Of a stretch of 64,000 bases of DNA, positions 18,082 to 28,440 are shown one piece after another (positions within the stretch are counted from its first letter, which is position 1; each line of letters opens with the position of its first letter). The notes beneath the pieces are model-generated. The model was not told the DNA's origin and did no database searches. It saw nothing but the letters and a program-made list of their open reading frames with translations. The translations under genes were made by a program, and so were the position numbers. This DNA comes from Pirellulales bacterium (GTDB taxonomy: Bacteria; Planctomycetota; Planctomycetia; Pirellulales; PALSA-1355), in assembly GCA_963733035.1 (NCBI GenBank), contig CAVTBU010000008.1, positions 128,001 to 192,000 of the forward strand, read 5' to 3'.

Positions 18082-19800
18082 TCACGACGCCTGGGCTGGC
18101 GATTCAAGCCGCAATGATTCACGGCTCGGCTTGGCGGAGTCTTCCACGCCGGTGGGCGGTAACGCGTCTGGGCGAGGTACATCGGCTCGAGTCCAAGGCA
18201 GTCGAACCGTGAAAATACTCCCCTTGCCCAATTCGCTCTCCAGAGAGATTTCGCCACCCAGCAACTTGCAGAGTTCCTTGACGATGGATAGCCCCAGCCC
18301 TGTGCCCGAGTATTCGCGAGTCATGGCGTCGCCGCCATTGAGCACCGACTTGCCTTGCCTGAACTTTTCGAAAATCGCGACCTGATCCTCGTCGGCGATG
18401 CCCACGCCGGTATCGGCCACGGTCATCACCAGATAGGGACCGGAACCCGCCCGGGCGCTGACGACAATCCGGCCTCCCTCGGGAGTGAACTTGATGGCAT
18501 TCGAGAGCAGGTTGTTGAGAATCTGCTGCACCTTCGACTGGTCCTGAAACATTTCCGGCAGTCCGGGTTCAATCTCGGTTTCCAGATCGATGTTTTTTCG
18601 CTCGGTGAGCGGCCGGGCCATGTCGCACTGGGCCGTGATGATCTGCTCGATGTTGAAATCGGATAGCCGGACTTCCATTCGGCCGCTTTCGATCTTGGCC
18701 AGGTCGAGAATGTCGTTGATCATCTCCAGCAGCACTTTGCCGGAAGTCTGAATGTTGCGGACATAGCGCTTCTGTTTTTCATCAAGCGAAGCGATCGACT
18801 CGAGCACGTCGCTAAAGCCGATGATGGCGTTCAGCGGCGTGCGCAATTCGTGGCTCATCGTCGCCAAGAAGTCGCTCTTCAGTCGGTTCATCTCATAGAG
18901 ACGCATGTTGGCCTGGGCCAACTCATCAACCTTCACATTGAGATTGTTGTTGACATCCTTGAGTTCTTCGGCATTCGAAGCCAGTTGCCGCAGCATGCGA
19001 TTAAATGCCGTGGCCAACCGCTCGAACTCGTCTCCGGTGTGAAGCTCCGCCCGCAGGGCGATGTCTCCTTGACTAATCCGGTCGCTAACGTCGCGCAGAT
19101 GGCCTAGCGGCTTGACGATGATGTAGCGGACAATCAGATACGAGGCCATCACGGCCAGGAATGCCGTGATGATGGCCGTGCCCAGCAGAATCGCGTTGTT
19201 CCACGTCAGCGCGGTCTGCGTTTGTTTATCCGGCATCCGCAGTTTGAGAACCGACACCAAATCGCCAATCTCCTGGGGTGCCATATCGGCCAGTCCGATG
19301 GGCAAGCTGGTATGGCAGGTGATGCAGCGCTTGTTCGTATTGCGAATCGGCTTGTAAAAAATGTATTCCGGCTCGTCGCCGCCCACGCGAACGTCGGCGT
19401 ACTCGTCGTCTAGATTCGCTTCCGGGTCGGGCCTGGCCGAGAGATTGAACGTTTTCAGAATCGCCATATCGGCTTCGCTGGGCGCGTTGGGCCCCTCGTC
19501 CACCAGGCGCAGGAATTCCCAATCGTAGTCGCGGCTCTTCAAGCCGTCGGTCAGGTCGTCGACCAGCGCGCGTTGCTGCTCTTCGGAAGCCCACACCCAG
19601 GTGTGGTGCATCGCAAGAATCGACACGACGAGGCTTTTGGCGCTCTCGGTGCTCGAGTCGTATACCAATTGCTCGGTGCGGCGGCCGTACCACCAGAAGC
19701 TTCCCGCAATCAGCACCAGCAACGATGCGCCGAACAGCACCAGGAACTTCCGCTCCAGGCTGGTTTCACCCAGGACGCGTTTCAGTGAGCGGTAAGACAT
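18082..19800 (-). CDS. Membrane sensor histidine kinase (periplasmic CxxCH domain, HAMP, HisKA, HATPase)
   Basis: Two TMs, CITCH, HAMP, MSHELRTPLN, NLLSNAIKFT, DTGVGI, GTGLGL. Confidence 0.93.
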   Translation of the reverse strand: MSYRSLKRVLGETSLERKFLVLFGASLLVLIAGSFWWYGRRTEQLVYDSSTESAKSLVVSILAMHHTWVWASEEQQRALVDDLTDGLKSRDYDWEFLRLVDEGPNAPSEADMAILKTFNLSARPDPEANLDDEYADVRVGGDEPEYIFYKPIRNTNKRCITCHTSLPIGLADMAPQEIGDLVSVLKLRMPDKQTQTALTWNNAILLGTAIITAFLAVMASYLIVRYIIVKPLGHLRDVSDRISQGDIALRAELHTGDEFERLATAFNRMLRQLASNAEELKDVNNNLNVKVDELAQANMRLYEMNRLKSDFLATMSHELRTPLNAIIGFSDVLESIASLDEKQKRYVRNIQTSGKVLLEMINDILDLAKIESGRMEVRLSDFNIEQIITAQCDMARPLTERKNIDLETEIEPGLPEMFQDQSKVQQILNNLLSNAIKFTPEGGRIVVSARAGSGPYLVMTVADTGVGIADEDQVAIFEKFRQGKSVLNGGDAMTREYSGTGLGLSIVKELCKLLGGEISLESELGKGSIFTVRLPWTRADVPRPDALPPTGVEDSAKPSRESLRLESPAQAS

Positions 19801-19966
19801 GCAGAGCGGACCCAATGGGCCGTAAAAATTCCCTGTTCCCTCTAGTCTACGGGAATTGTCGGTCGGAATCCAAGAGGAATCCGCCAGGTCCTGCGGTATT
19901 GCCGGCGATCAAAGGTCCAGTCAATCGAGAGATATCCGACCTCCGACAGGTTGTGCTGCTGGCCGG

Positions 19967-22288
19967 CTACAGCATATCGAGAGGGTCCACGTCGGCGATC
20001 CATAGCACTTCGTCAGGGGCCTTAAGGCGGTCAGCCGCGTCGCGCACGGCGCGGCGTAGTTGAGCGCCGTCCGCACCATGCACTTGGATGTGGAAGCGAT
20101 AGTGGCCCCGCAACTTCGCAATCGGCGCCGGGGCCGGTCCAAGCACGCGTGAATCGGTCGCGGGGCTCGTTTGCGATCGCTCGTCGCCGTCGCCAGGATC
20201 GCCGGCCAGTGCCTCGCGCACACGGTCGGCCAACTCCTCGGCAAAACTTTCGGTCGTGCGCTCGGCCGGTCCACGCACGACCAAGCGAATCAGACTTGCA
20301 AACGGAGGATAGCCGTGCTCTTCGCGGGGCGGCAGCTCGCCGGCCGCGAACGTCTCGTAGTCGTGCCGCACCGCGGCTTGTATCGCCGCGTGATCCGGAT
20401 TGAACGTTTGAACCAGTACCCGGCCGCCCTTGTCACCCCGGCCGGTCCGTCCGGCCACTTGCGTCACAAGCTGAAACGTCCGCTCCGATGCGCGAAAGTC
20501 GGGAATGTGCAAAGCCGTATCCGCGTTGATGACCCCCACCAATGTCACGTTCGGAAAGTCCAGGCCCTTGGCAATCATTTGTGTCCCGACCAGGATCCGC
20601 ACCTCGCCGTCGTGAAATAGTTTGAGAGCGGCCTCGTGGCTGCCGTGCTTTTGCATCGTGTCGGTGTCCATCCGCAGGCAGCGGTGTTCGGGAAAACGTG
20701 CCTTCACTTCCGCCTCGAGCCGCTGGGTTCCAAGCCCACGGTAGTGAATGCCCGTGAAATGGCAGTCCGGACACTCCGTCGGCGCCGGCACCTGGTAATC
20801 GCAGTAGTGGCAAAGGGCGATCTGCCCGGAAACGTGGTGTGTCAGGGCGATTGCGCAGTGCGGACACTGCATCACCATGCCGCACGACGGACACTGGATG
20901 TGCGTCGAAAAGCCTCGTCGATTGAGCAGCAAGATGACCTGACCGCCTTCCTTCAACGTCGACTGCATGGCAAACCGCAATTGGCGGCTGACAGCGCCAC
21001 GGTTGCGGCGATCCTGAAACTCGGCCCGCAGGTCGATCGTGCCCACGGCCGGCAAGGGGCGATTGAAGACGCGCCGCGGCAGCGAAATCAACTGGTACTG
21101 CCCGGTTTTGGCTCGCTGCCAGCTTTCCAACGACGGCGTGGCCGACCCCAACACCAACGGTACGTTCTCGGCCTTGGTCCGCTCCAGGGCCACGTCCCGG
21201 GCGTGGTAACGCGGGGCCGTCTCCTGCTTGAACGACGACTCGTGTTCCTCGTCCAGAATAACCAACCCCAGGTTGGGCACCGGGGCAAAGATCGCGCTGC
21301 GCGCTCCGACCACGACGCTGATTTCACCGCTGGCAATGTGTTCCCAATGCCGTCGCCGCTCCACATCGCGCAGATGGCTGTGCAACACCGCGACGCGGCC
21401 GAAGCGGCTACGGAAGCGAGCCTCGGTCTGCGGCGTCAGGCTGATCTCAGGCACCAGCACAATGGCTTGCCGGCCGAAGCGGATCACTTCGTCGATCGCC
21501 TGGATGTAAACCTCGGTCTTGCCGCTGCCGGTCACGCCGTGCATCAGCAGCGACTCGTGTCGCCGCGCGTGCAGAGCCGCCAGAATCACGTCGAGTGCCA
21601 CTCGCTGATCTTCGTTCAGAGTCAGGTGCTCCTCCGATGGCGACCGAACCTGAGTGGCCGCCTGCTGCGCGTCGAACCGCCGGGCTTCGAACTCGACAAG
21701 GCCCTTCTTGCGGAGGTTCTGGATCGGCGCTGCCGTACAACCGGCCGCCGCTGCCACTTGCGCGACGGGTAGCGGCTCGGCCTGTGCCGCCAGGAAAGTG
21801 AGAACCTTCTTTTGCATGGCCGATAATCTCAACGTGGGCAACCGTGCCGCGACGTGATTTGGCAGCCGCACGAACTGTGTCCTGCGAGTTCCGGCGCCCG
21901 CCCTCACGCCGGCCGGCACAACCGCTTCGAGCACCTGTCCCCACGGGCAAATGTAATAGTCGGACATCCATTCGGTTAGACGTAGCATCGCGGGCGACAG
22001 CAGCGCCCGCTCGTCCGCCACGTCGTGCAGCGCTTTCAGCCGACGTTTGCCACCGATACGATTTTCGAGCCGGACGCAGTAGCCGGTGACCAGCCGGTTC
22101 GAGCTCCCGAAGGGCGCCCGCACTCGTTGTCCGGCCGCGATTTTGCCCCGCAGCGCGTCGGGAACGCGGTAATCGAACGGACCTTCCGGTCCGGTGGCAA
22201 ACACCAGCGTGGCGATGAGTTCCTCGCTGGCATCGTCCTGTTCCCAGGGTGCCGGGTTGAGTTCAAAAAGGCTTTGCTGTTCTTTCAC
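19967..22288 (-). CDS. priA: Primosomal protein N'
   Basis: GVTGSGKTEVY, LVPEISLTPQ, DEEHE, LNRRGFS, four CxxC pairs, GTQMIAKGLDF. Confidence 0.97.
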   Translation of the reverse strand: MKEQQSLFELNPAPWEQDDASEELIATLVFATGPEGPFDYRVPDALRGKIAAGQRVRAPFGSSNRLVTGYCVRLENRIGGKRRLKALHDVADERALLSPAMLRLTEWMSDYYICPWGQVLEAVVPAGVRAGAGTRRTQFVRLPNHVAARLPTLRLSAMQKKVLTFLAAQAEPLPVAQVAAAAGCTAAPIQNLRKKGLVEFEARRFDAQQAATQVRSPSEEHLTLNEDQRVALDVILAALHARRHESLLMHGVTGSGKTEVYIQAIDEVIRFGRQAIVLVPEISLTPQTEARFRSRFGRVAVLHSHLRDVERRRHWEHIASGEISVVVGARSAIFAPVPNLGLVILDEEHESSFKQETAPRYHARDVALERTKAENVPLVLGSATPSLESWQRAKTGQYQLISLPRRVFNRPLPAVGTIDLRAEFQDRRNRGAVSRQLRFAMQSTLKEGGQVILLLNRRGFSTHIQCPSCGMVMQCPHCAIALTHHVSGQIALCHYCDYQVPAPTECPDCHFTGIHYRGLGTQRLEAEVKARFPEHRCLRMDTDTMQKHGSHEAALKLFHDGEVRILVGTQMIAKGLDFPNVTLVGVINADTALHIPDFRASERTFQLVTQVAGRTGRGDKGGRVLVQTFNPDHAAIQAAVRHDYETFAAGELPPREEHGYPPFASLIRLVVRGPAERTTESFAEELADRVREALAGDPGDGDERSQTSPATDSRVLGPAPAPIAKLRGHYRFHIQVHGADGAQLRRAVRDAADRLKAPDEVLWIADVDPLDML

Positions 22289-22444
22289 GCGGAAATCCGA
22301 CTTTCATCGCAGGGGGCGACCGCAACGCACCAATGGCCAGCGCCTGATCGAATCGCTAGGATACGTTGCGTCTTGTCTCCATAGCTTCAATATCCTCGGC
22401 TGCTGGCAGGCTGACAAGCAAGCGCGGTATTCGTGGGACAGAAC

Positions 22445-23068
22445 ATGCGACTTGGAATCTTTGGCGGCACTTTCGACCCGGTCCACTACGGTCATCTGCT
22501 GTTGGCCGAGAGTTGCCGCGAACAATTGAACCTGCAGCAGGTATGGTTTCTACCGGCCGCCGTTCCACCCCATAAACAAGAAGCCGAATTGACGGCCGCC
22601 ACGCATCGCATCGAGATGCTCGAATTGGCCATCGGCGGGCATGAGGCTTTTCACGTCTGTCCGTATGAAGTGGAGCGGGGTGGAGTGAACTACACGGTTG
22701 ACACGCTGACGCATTTCGTCGACGAGGACCCGTCGCGGGAACTTTTTTTTCTGTTGGGTGCCGATTCGCTCCGCGACTTGCCCACCTGGCGGCAGCCAGA
22801 GCGCATCTGTCAGTTGGCCGTGCTGGCGGTGGTCACGCGTTCGATTCCGGGAATTGCCGAGTCTGAGGTGGTCAACTTTTCACCGCTGGCCAATCTGGTG
22901 ACGCCCGAGCGGTTGGAAACGATCCGCCTGCACGAGGTGCAAATGCCGCGCATCGACTTGAGCTCAACCGACATCCGCCGCCGTGTCGCCGCCGGCAACA
23001 GCATTCGCTATCAAACGCCCCGCGCCGTCGAAAAGTACATCGAGACCCAAAGGCTGTACGCCAAATAG
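22445..23068 (+). CDS. nadD: Nicotinate-nucleotide adenylyltransferase
   Basis: GIFGGTFDPVHYGHL, PPHK, YTVDTL, LGADS, LSSTDIR. Confidence 0.96.
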   Translation: MRLGIFGGTFDPVHYGHLLLAESCREQLNLQQVWFLPAAVPPHKQEAELTAATHRIEMLELAIGGHEAFHVCPYEVERGGVNYTVDTLTHFVDEDPSRELFFLLGADSLRDLPTWRQPERICQLAVLAVVTRSIPGIAESEVVNFSPLANLVTPERLETIRLHEVQMPRIDLSSTDIRRRVAAGNSIRYQTPRAVEKYIETQRLYAK

Positions 23069-23085
23069 CAGCATCCGGGATATTG

Positions 23086-23346
23086 TCAGGCGGCCCTGCG
23101 AGTTTCCAGCATTGTCCGGAGCGGCAAACTCATGGTCAGTTCCGGCGAACCCTCCAGGCCGTGCAAAGCGCCCATTACCTGATCGAGCTGTTCGCGGGGA
23201 CTGAGGGCCAGATCGATGAAGATCCACTTCTGCCCCTTGAGCTCGCAGGCCCCGGCGGCGCTCCCACCAAACCATTCCTGACGGATTTTGAAGCCCGATT
23301 GCATCGCCAGGGCAATTGCTTCTTCCAAGAGCTCGACGGTGTGCAT
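23086..23346 (-). CDS. Small hypothetical protein (86 aa)
   Basis: Globular-looking ORF starting MHTVELLEEA; GGAGG SD and TATAAT upstream. Confidence 0.7.
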   Translation of the reverse strand: MHTVELLEEAIALAMQSGFKIRQEWFGGSAAGACELKGQKWIFIDLALSPREQLDQVMGALHGLEGSPELTMSLPLRTMLETRRAA

Positions 23347-23425
23347 CGTGCGCCTCCGTGCATGCATGCAGTGCTTGGCGACGCGCGCTGGGTAGTTCGC
23401 CGCCCCCATCCTTTGGCCGGGCGGG

Positions 23426-23440
23426 ATTATAGCCGCTTGC
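23426..23440 (-). promoter_or_regulatory. Putative promoter, GCAAGCGGCTATAAT
   Basis: Consensus TATAAT about 80 nt upstream of ATG 23346; 14/15 match to 29632-29646. Confidence 0.5.
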
Positions 23441-23624
23441 GTTTTAGTTGCCCAGGCGAACGGGTCGATATCTGACTTGTGACTTAACTACTTCGCGCGT
23501 AACGAGTCCGGACGCGTCAACACGGCAAGGCGGTGCGATTGAACCCGAGTAGGTAAAGCGGTCAAGCACCGCAATCTACTTGCTTTGGGAATTTCGCTCT
23601 CCGCTCCAGCACTCGGAAGGTAGC

Positions 23625-24455
23625 ATGTCGAATTCTCAAGGGCCCCAATCTCCCAGCGCCGAGGAGCAGGTAGCCATCCTGAAGCAGCAGCTTTTCGAAG
23701 CCCAAAAGCTGACCGCGCTCGGCGAACTGGTCAGCACCACCACGCATGAATTCAACAACGTGCTGACCACGATCATCAACTACGCCAAGATGGGCCAGCG
23801 CCACCGTGATGCCGAAACCCGTGACAAAGCGTTCGATAAGATTCTGGCAGCCGGCCAGCGGGCCGCGAAGATCACCAATGGGATCCTCGGTTTCGCACGC
23901 AATCGTCCCCAGGGGGTTGAGCCGACCGACGTGGCCAAGCTCGTCGACGACTCGCTATTGCTGCTCGAGCGTGAGATGTCGAAGTATCGTGTCGCGGTCG
24001 AACGCCAGATTCAGCCCGTGCCGCCGGCGATGGTCAACGCCAACCAAATCCAGCAGGTGTTGATGAATCTGCTGGTTAATGCCCGGCAGGCGATGTCGAG
24101 CGGCGGCACCATTTGGCTCCGACTTTCGCACGATGCCGCCAACAATACCGTCGACCTGATGATCCGCGACAACGGCGCGGGAATTCCGGCTGAGAAGCTT
24201 CCGCGAATCTTCGATCGCTATTTCACGACCAAGAGCGGTCCGGACGCCAGCGGCAAGGGAGGCACCGGCCTGGGCCTCTCGTTTTGCCGCGACGTCATCG
24301 AAGCTCACCATGGCAGGATTCGCGTCGAAAGCACCGTGGGCAAGGGAACCGCCTTCACGCTCAAACTGCCGGTCGCACGTCCGTCCGAAGCTGCCGCGGC
24401 GATTTCGCTGGGCGTACCGACGACGACTTCGCAGCCGCAGTCCACGGGCGGCTAA
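23625..24455 (+). CDS. Cytoplasmic sensor-less histidine kinase
   Basis: THEFNN H-box, NLLVNA, DNGAGI, YFTTK, GTGLGL; no TM or input domain. Confidence 0.9.
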   Translation: MSNSQGPQSPSAEEQVAILKQQLFEAQKLTALGELVSTTTHEFNNVLTTIINYAKMGQRHRDAETRDKAFDKILAAGQRAAKITNGILGFARNRPQGVEPTDVAKLVDDSLLLLEREMSKYRVAVERQIQPVPPAMVNANQIQQVLMNLLVNARQAMSSGGTIWLRLSHDAANNTVDLMIRDNGAGIPAEKLPRIFDRYFTTKSGPDASGKGGTGLGLSFCRDVIEAHHGRIRVESTVGKGTAFTLKLPVARPSEAAAAISLGVPTTTSQPQSTGG

Positions 24456-25312
24456 TTGCGAAGCCCCGCCGGAATCGCCGGCACGCCCGCCGGAATCTGC
24501 TCGGTCGGAATCTGTTCTGTCGGGACAGGAACCTGCTCCACGGGGATAAACGTCCCGCCAGTGCGGGCCTGAATGCCCGCGAGAATAACTTGTTCCAGTG
24601 CGATGTCGCGCCCCAGGCCAATCCAGCCCCGGGTCGGTTCCTGGCCGCCTACCGGATTGGTCAGCCTGATCAACGCATCGTCGTTGCGCAGCGTTTGCGA
24701 ATTGGCCAAGCTGACCGCACCACTCTCCGGACGGGCGACGTCTTCCAATTCTTTATACACCCGAACGTCCACGGTAAATCCGCCTTCGACCGGTAGCACG
24801 ATCACCTCGGCCTGGCGGCGCATGGATTGCAACGTCGCCTGCCATCGCTCATACGGCGTGATGGAATCGCGATTCCAGGGCTCGAAGATCGTTGATGCCC
24901 CGCGCGGATACGTCGAAAGGTGTCCTTCGGTCAGCAGATCCCCCACCAACCGGACGCGTTCCTCGTGCCGGACGCGAAAGTAGTCGTCCACCACGTCGAC
25001 GACTTCATCCCATACGAAGTCGCTGTTCATGTTATTGACCATCAGCGGCGCTGTTTGAGGGGCGACGTAGTCGGGTCCCAGCCCAAAACCAAAACTGGGG
25101 GGCGTGTACGTCGCCGGTTGCCACGCATTGCAGCCGCTGAGCGCGAGTGCGCACAGAACACTCAACAGCCCCAACCGCCGGTGCGTCGGCCCGTTTGGCC
25201 TCCGCCCCGAGGCCGCGGTCACTTCCTGATCTGCCCGCGGCGCGGCGCGAACCGATAGCGCCCTAGGTCGCGCAAGCGCAAAGGTCTGCCGGTCGCGATG
25301 CATCCGATTCAT
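24452..25312 (-). CDS. Hypothetical lipoprotein (start uncertain)
   Basis: RR, hydrophobic stretch and lipobox LSGC; PTEQI repeats at the C-terminus. Confidence 0.75.
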   Translation of the reverse strand: MNRMHRDRQTFALARPRALSVRAAPRADQEVTAASGRRPNGPTHRRLGLLSVLCALALSGCNAWQPATYTPPSFGFGLGPDYVAPQTAPLMVNNMNSDFVWDEVVDVVDDYFRVRHEERVRLVGDLLTEGHLSTYPRGASTIFEPWNRDSITPYERWQATLQSMRRQAEVIVLPVEGGFTVDVRVYKELEDVARPESGAVSLANSQTLRNDDALIRLTNPVGGQEPTRGWIGLGRDIALEQVILAGIQARTGGTFIPVEQVPVPTEQIPTEQIPAGVPAIPAGLRN

Positions 25313-25537
25313 GCAGATGGGAACGTTCGCAAAAGAAATGGGGCGGTAGTGTTACGAAATCGGTCCAGAGCCACAAGAGCAGGTGCGGGCGAGCCGGGAT
25401 GCCAATCCGTACGCTAGCAGCCGTTCCATTCACCCAATACCGGCGTCAACACGGTAGTTGTGACATTGCCGGGCATCTTGGGAAAAATAGGCAGTAGCGG
25501 CGCCCCTGCAGCGGAGGGCTGAAATCCCCTGCTGACC

Positions 25538-25575
25538 AACACGAAAGGCCGCGTCCAACGGGTGGACGCGGCCTT
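25538..25575 (-). terminator. Terminator hairpin after gene 25606-26298
   Basis: Perfect 13-bp stem AAGGCCGCGTCCA/TGGACGCGGCCTT, 5-nt loop, short U-rich tail. Confidence 0.65.
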
Positions 25576-25605
25576 CGATTTGTCGGCTGAATGCAGGCTC
25601 GTCGA

Positions 25606-26298
25606 TTAGCCGTAATGCGAATCGATGCCCAGGCGGATTTTGAGCTGCTCGAACTGCTGGCGGAAATGCTCGCTCGAGGAGTGCACATGCTCGGCCTCGG
25701 TGATGAACCGCATCTGGTCGTCGCACGGCACGGCTCGCGATTCGAAGATCTGCTCGTACTCGTCCAACTCGTTGCCGTAGACGATCAATAGCTTGTGCTC
25801 GTCAAACTGCACTTCCTGAGGAATCGACGGATTAAGCACGGCGATGCCCGTGCAGCCGTCGTTCACCAGTAGATCCTCGAAGTCGTAAAGCGTGCTCTTG
25901 AGCACTGGCATGTCAATGTGTTCTCGGTACAGATCCACGTGTCCGCGAGCATTGCGGTCGTGGCTCGTTTCGAGCACCACGTCGACCTCACAGCCCAGCG
26001 GGTCCAGCAGATCCATGAATACTTCAAACAGGTGCTCTTTCGACGCTGCGCTCATCAGCACCGGCACCGTCGAGCGGTTCTCCTCATCACGATAGATATC
26101 GTGACGGTAACCCTGGCTGGGCACGACCTGCAGGTCATACGAGGGCCGCACGGCAGCGGTCAGCGTGAAGTTACCGTACCGCGTCACACCCAGATGCGCT
26201 TCGAGCTCTTCGGAACTCAGCCGATCGAAGCTGCTGGTCGTGTGCGGCGCGACTTCATCGCGGAACACGTTTCGAAAGAATTTCTTCAGGAACCCCAT
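25606..26298 (-). CDS. Hypothetical acidic cytoplasmic protein (230 aa)
   Basis: Host-like codon use, GAGGT SD before MGFLKK, downstream terminator. Confidence 0.8.
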   Translation of the reverse strand: MGFLKKFFRNVFRDEVAPHTTSSFDRLSSEELEAHLGVTRYGNFTLTAAVRPSYDLQVVPSQGYRHDIYRDEENRSTVPVLMSAASKEHLFEVFMDLLDPLGCEVDVVLETSHDRNARGHVDLYREHIDMPVLKSTLYDFEDLLVNDGCTGIAVLNPSIPQEVQFDEHKLLIVYGNELDEYEQIFESRAVPCDDQMRFITEAEHVHSSSEHFRQQFEQLKIRLGIDSHYG

Positions 26299-26858
26299 CG
26301 GCGAAACCTCGGTCTGCGGGTCAATTGAGTCGTTGTTCGGTCGTTGTGGTTGGTAAACGGAAAACTCTTCAAGAAAACATAGGTTACGACGCCGACGATG
26401 TTTCGCCGCTGCAGGCCAAGGGGGGACAAGTTTCTGGGATTCGAGTATGCCGCCAGCAAAAACGTCACAATCGTGAGTCCTTGCGACGGGATCCGCCGGC
26501 TCGGCATTGGGGGGGAAAGCCTGCAATTTACGGGGTACGACGAGCTCGATGCGGTGAATACCTCTACTCTAGCACCCGCTGGTCGGCGAGCGCAGGCTCC
26601 GAATTCCGGCAGTCTGGATTCCCACGACTGCCGGTGCCGGCTCTTTAGAACAGGGGGAGTTTGCCTGCGACAAAGTTGACGTGATCGCTGCGTTTGTAGT
26701 AGCCGTCAATCTGCTCGTGTGACATGTTAGGACTTATTCCCCTTTGCCTGGGCCGCGGCGGGTGGAACCGCGACGACCACCACCGGTACAATCACTTAGC
26801 CCGCGCATGTTCGGCACACGTTTCAATCCATATCCGCCTCGGCCTCCGGCGACCAGTG

Positions 26859-28433
26859 ATGACGGAATTTCACGAAGCTTCACCGATTGGACACCTCGCC
26901 CGCCATCGTGCTCTCCGAAAGGCAATGCTTATTGTTTTGGGGATTTCCCTGCTCGGTCTGCCGGCATGCCAGCGTGCGCAAACCGGGCCTCGCTCGGCCG
27001 CCTCAGGTGAATCGAAGTCCGATCCGGCTGAGATAGTCTGGGAGGCCTTTTACTTGCAGGGAACCAAAATCGGTTACGGCCGTACGACCATCGAGCCGGT
27101 CACCAAAGACGGCCGCGAACTGGTGCAGGTCGACTCGCTGAATCACCTCACGATTACAAGGTTCGGCCAGACCAGCGAGCAAGACCTCAAAATGTCGACG
27201 CTCGAAACCCCGCGCGGAGAACTCCTCGACTTCGAGACGTCGGTCAAATTCGGATCCGCACCGACGATCGTTGCCGGCCGTGTTGAGGGAAGGCAACTGG
27301 TCATTACAACTCAAACACAAGGACGCAAGGAGACGAGCCGCCTCGCGTTGCCAAGCGGAACGCGAGGCTTTCGAGCCGTTGAACAATCGCTGGCCGACGA
27401 GCCGATGAAGCCGGGCGAGAAGCGATCCTTCAAAATGCTGATGCCGCTGGTAAACCAAGTGGCCGACGTCGAGCTTTCCGCAGGCGACTTCGAGCAGACT
27501 CTCGTATTGGGCGTCGCAGTCAGGCTGCTTCGCATCGAGAGCACGGCTCGCCTGACCGACGGACAGTCGATGGACACCGACCTCTGGACAAACGAGCGGG
27601 GAGATGTGATCAAGACCCGGGTAGCCGCACTCCAACAGGAGTCTTTTCGTACGACCGCCGAAATCGCCCAGGCGCCGGCCGGTGAGACCGGCCAATTGGA
27701 CCTGGGGCTGGACCTGTTCGTAAAGGTCGAGCCGCCGCTCAAGCAACCGCACGAAACGCGCGAAGTCGTCTACCGCGTTGAACTGGCCGAAGGCGACCCG
27801 GCGAAAGTGTTTGCCGATGGCCCGACCCAAACCGTGAAATCGCTCTCACGCCATGTCGCGGAGGTGACGGTGCGAAGCATGCGCCCCGGCGATCCGTCGG
27901 ACAGCGCCGGAAAAGCTGAGCCGCCGGACTCACAATACATCGGAGCCAACAGCGTGCTCCAACTCGACGATGTGCGGCTTAAGCAGATGGCTGCCGAGGC
28001 CAAGGGAGATGCCAAGCAGCCGAATGAAATCGCCCTGGCGCTCGAGCGCTACGTACATAACGCCGTGAAGGAAAAGAATTTCTCCTCTGGATTTGCCACC
28101 GCCGCGGAAGTGGCGGAAACTCGCTCCGGCGATTGCACCGAACACGCGGTGCTGCTGGCGGCGCTGGCCCGAATTTGCGGCCTGCCGTCGCGCGTGGCCA
28201 TTGGACTGGTATACGTCGACCGGGCCGAAGGCTTCGGCTACCACATGTGGACCGAAGTTTTCCTCGACGGGCGATGGGTTCCACTCGACGGCATCATGGG
28301 CACCGGCGGCACAAGCGCGGCATACCTCAAACTCAATGACTCGAGCTTGGAAGGCGCAAGTGCGTATAGCAGTTTCCTGTCGGTCGCCCAGGTGCTCGGT
28401 CAGCTGAAGATCAGTGTGGTTTCGGCCAAGTAG
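26859..28433 (+). CDS. Transglutaminase-like (Cys-His-Asp) lipoprotein
   Basis: Lipobox LPAC; GDCTEHA, YHMW, W.PLD; start uncertain. Confidence 0.87.
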   Translation: MTEFHEASPIGHLARHRALRKAMLIVLGISLLGLPACQRAQTGPRSAASGESKSDPAEIVWEAFYLQGTKIGYGRTTIEPVTKDGRELVQVDSLNHLTITRFGQTSEQDLKMSTLETPRGELLDFETSVKFGSAPTIVAGRVEGRQLVITTQTQGRKETSRLALPSGTRGFRAVEQSLADEPMKPGEKRSFKMLMPLVNQVADVELSAGDFEQTLVLGVAVRLLRIESTARLTDGQSMDTDLWTNERGDVIKTRVAALQQESFRTTAEIAQAPAGETGQLDLGLDLFVKVEPPLKQPHETREVVYRVELAEGDPAKVFADGPTQTVKSLSRHVAEVTVRSMRPGDPSDSAGKAEPPDSQYIGANSVLQLDDVRLKQMAAEAKGDAKQPNEIALALERYVHNAVKEKNFSSGFATAAEVAETRSGDCTEHAVLLAALARICGLPSRVAIGLVYVDRAEGFGYHMWTEVFLDGRWVPLDGIMGTGGTSAAYLKLNDSSLEGASAYSSFLSVAQVLGQLKISVVSAK

Positions 28434-28440
28434 GCTCGCC

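Noticed and set aside
24491..24540. 15-nt tandem repeat
   Set aside because: Encodes a PTEQI low-complexity protein tail; only 2-3 degenerate copies
25490..25535. Further CCCCTGC copies resembling the T2 loop
   Set aside because: Short GC-rich matches without an equivalent stem; likely chance
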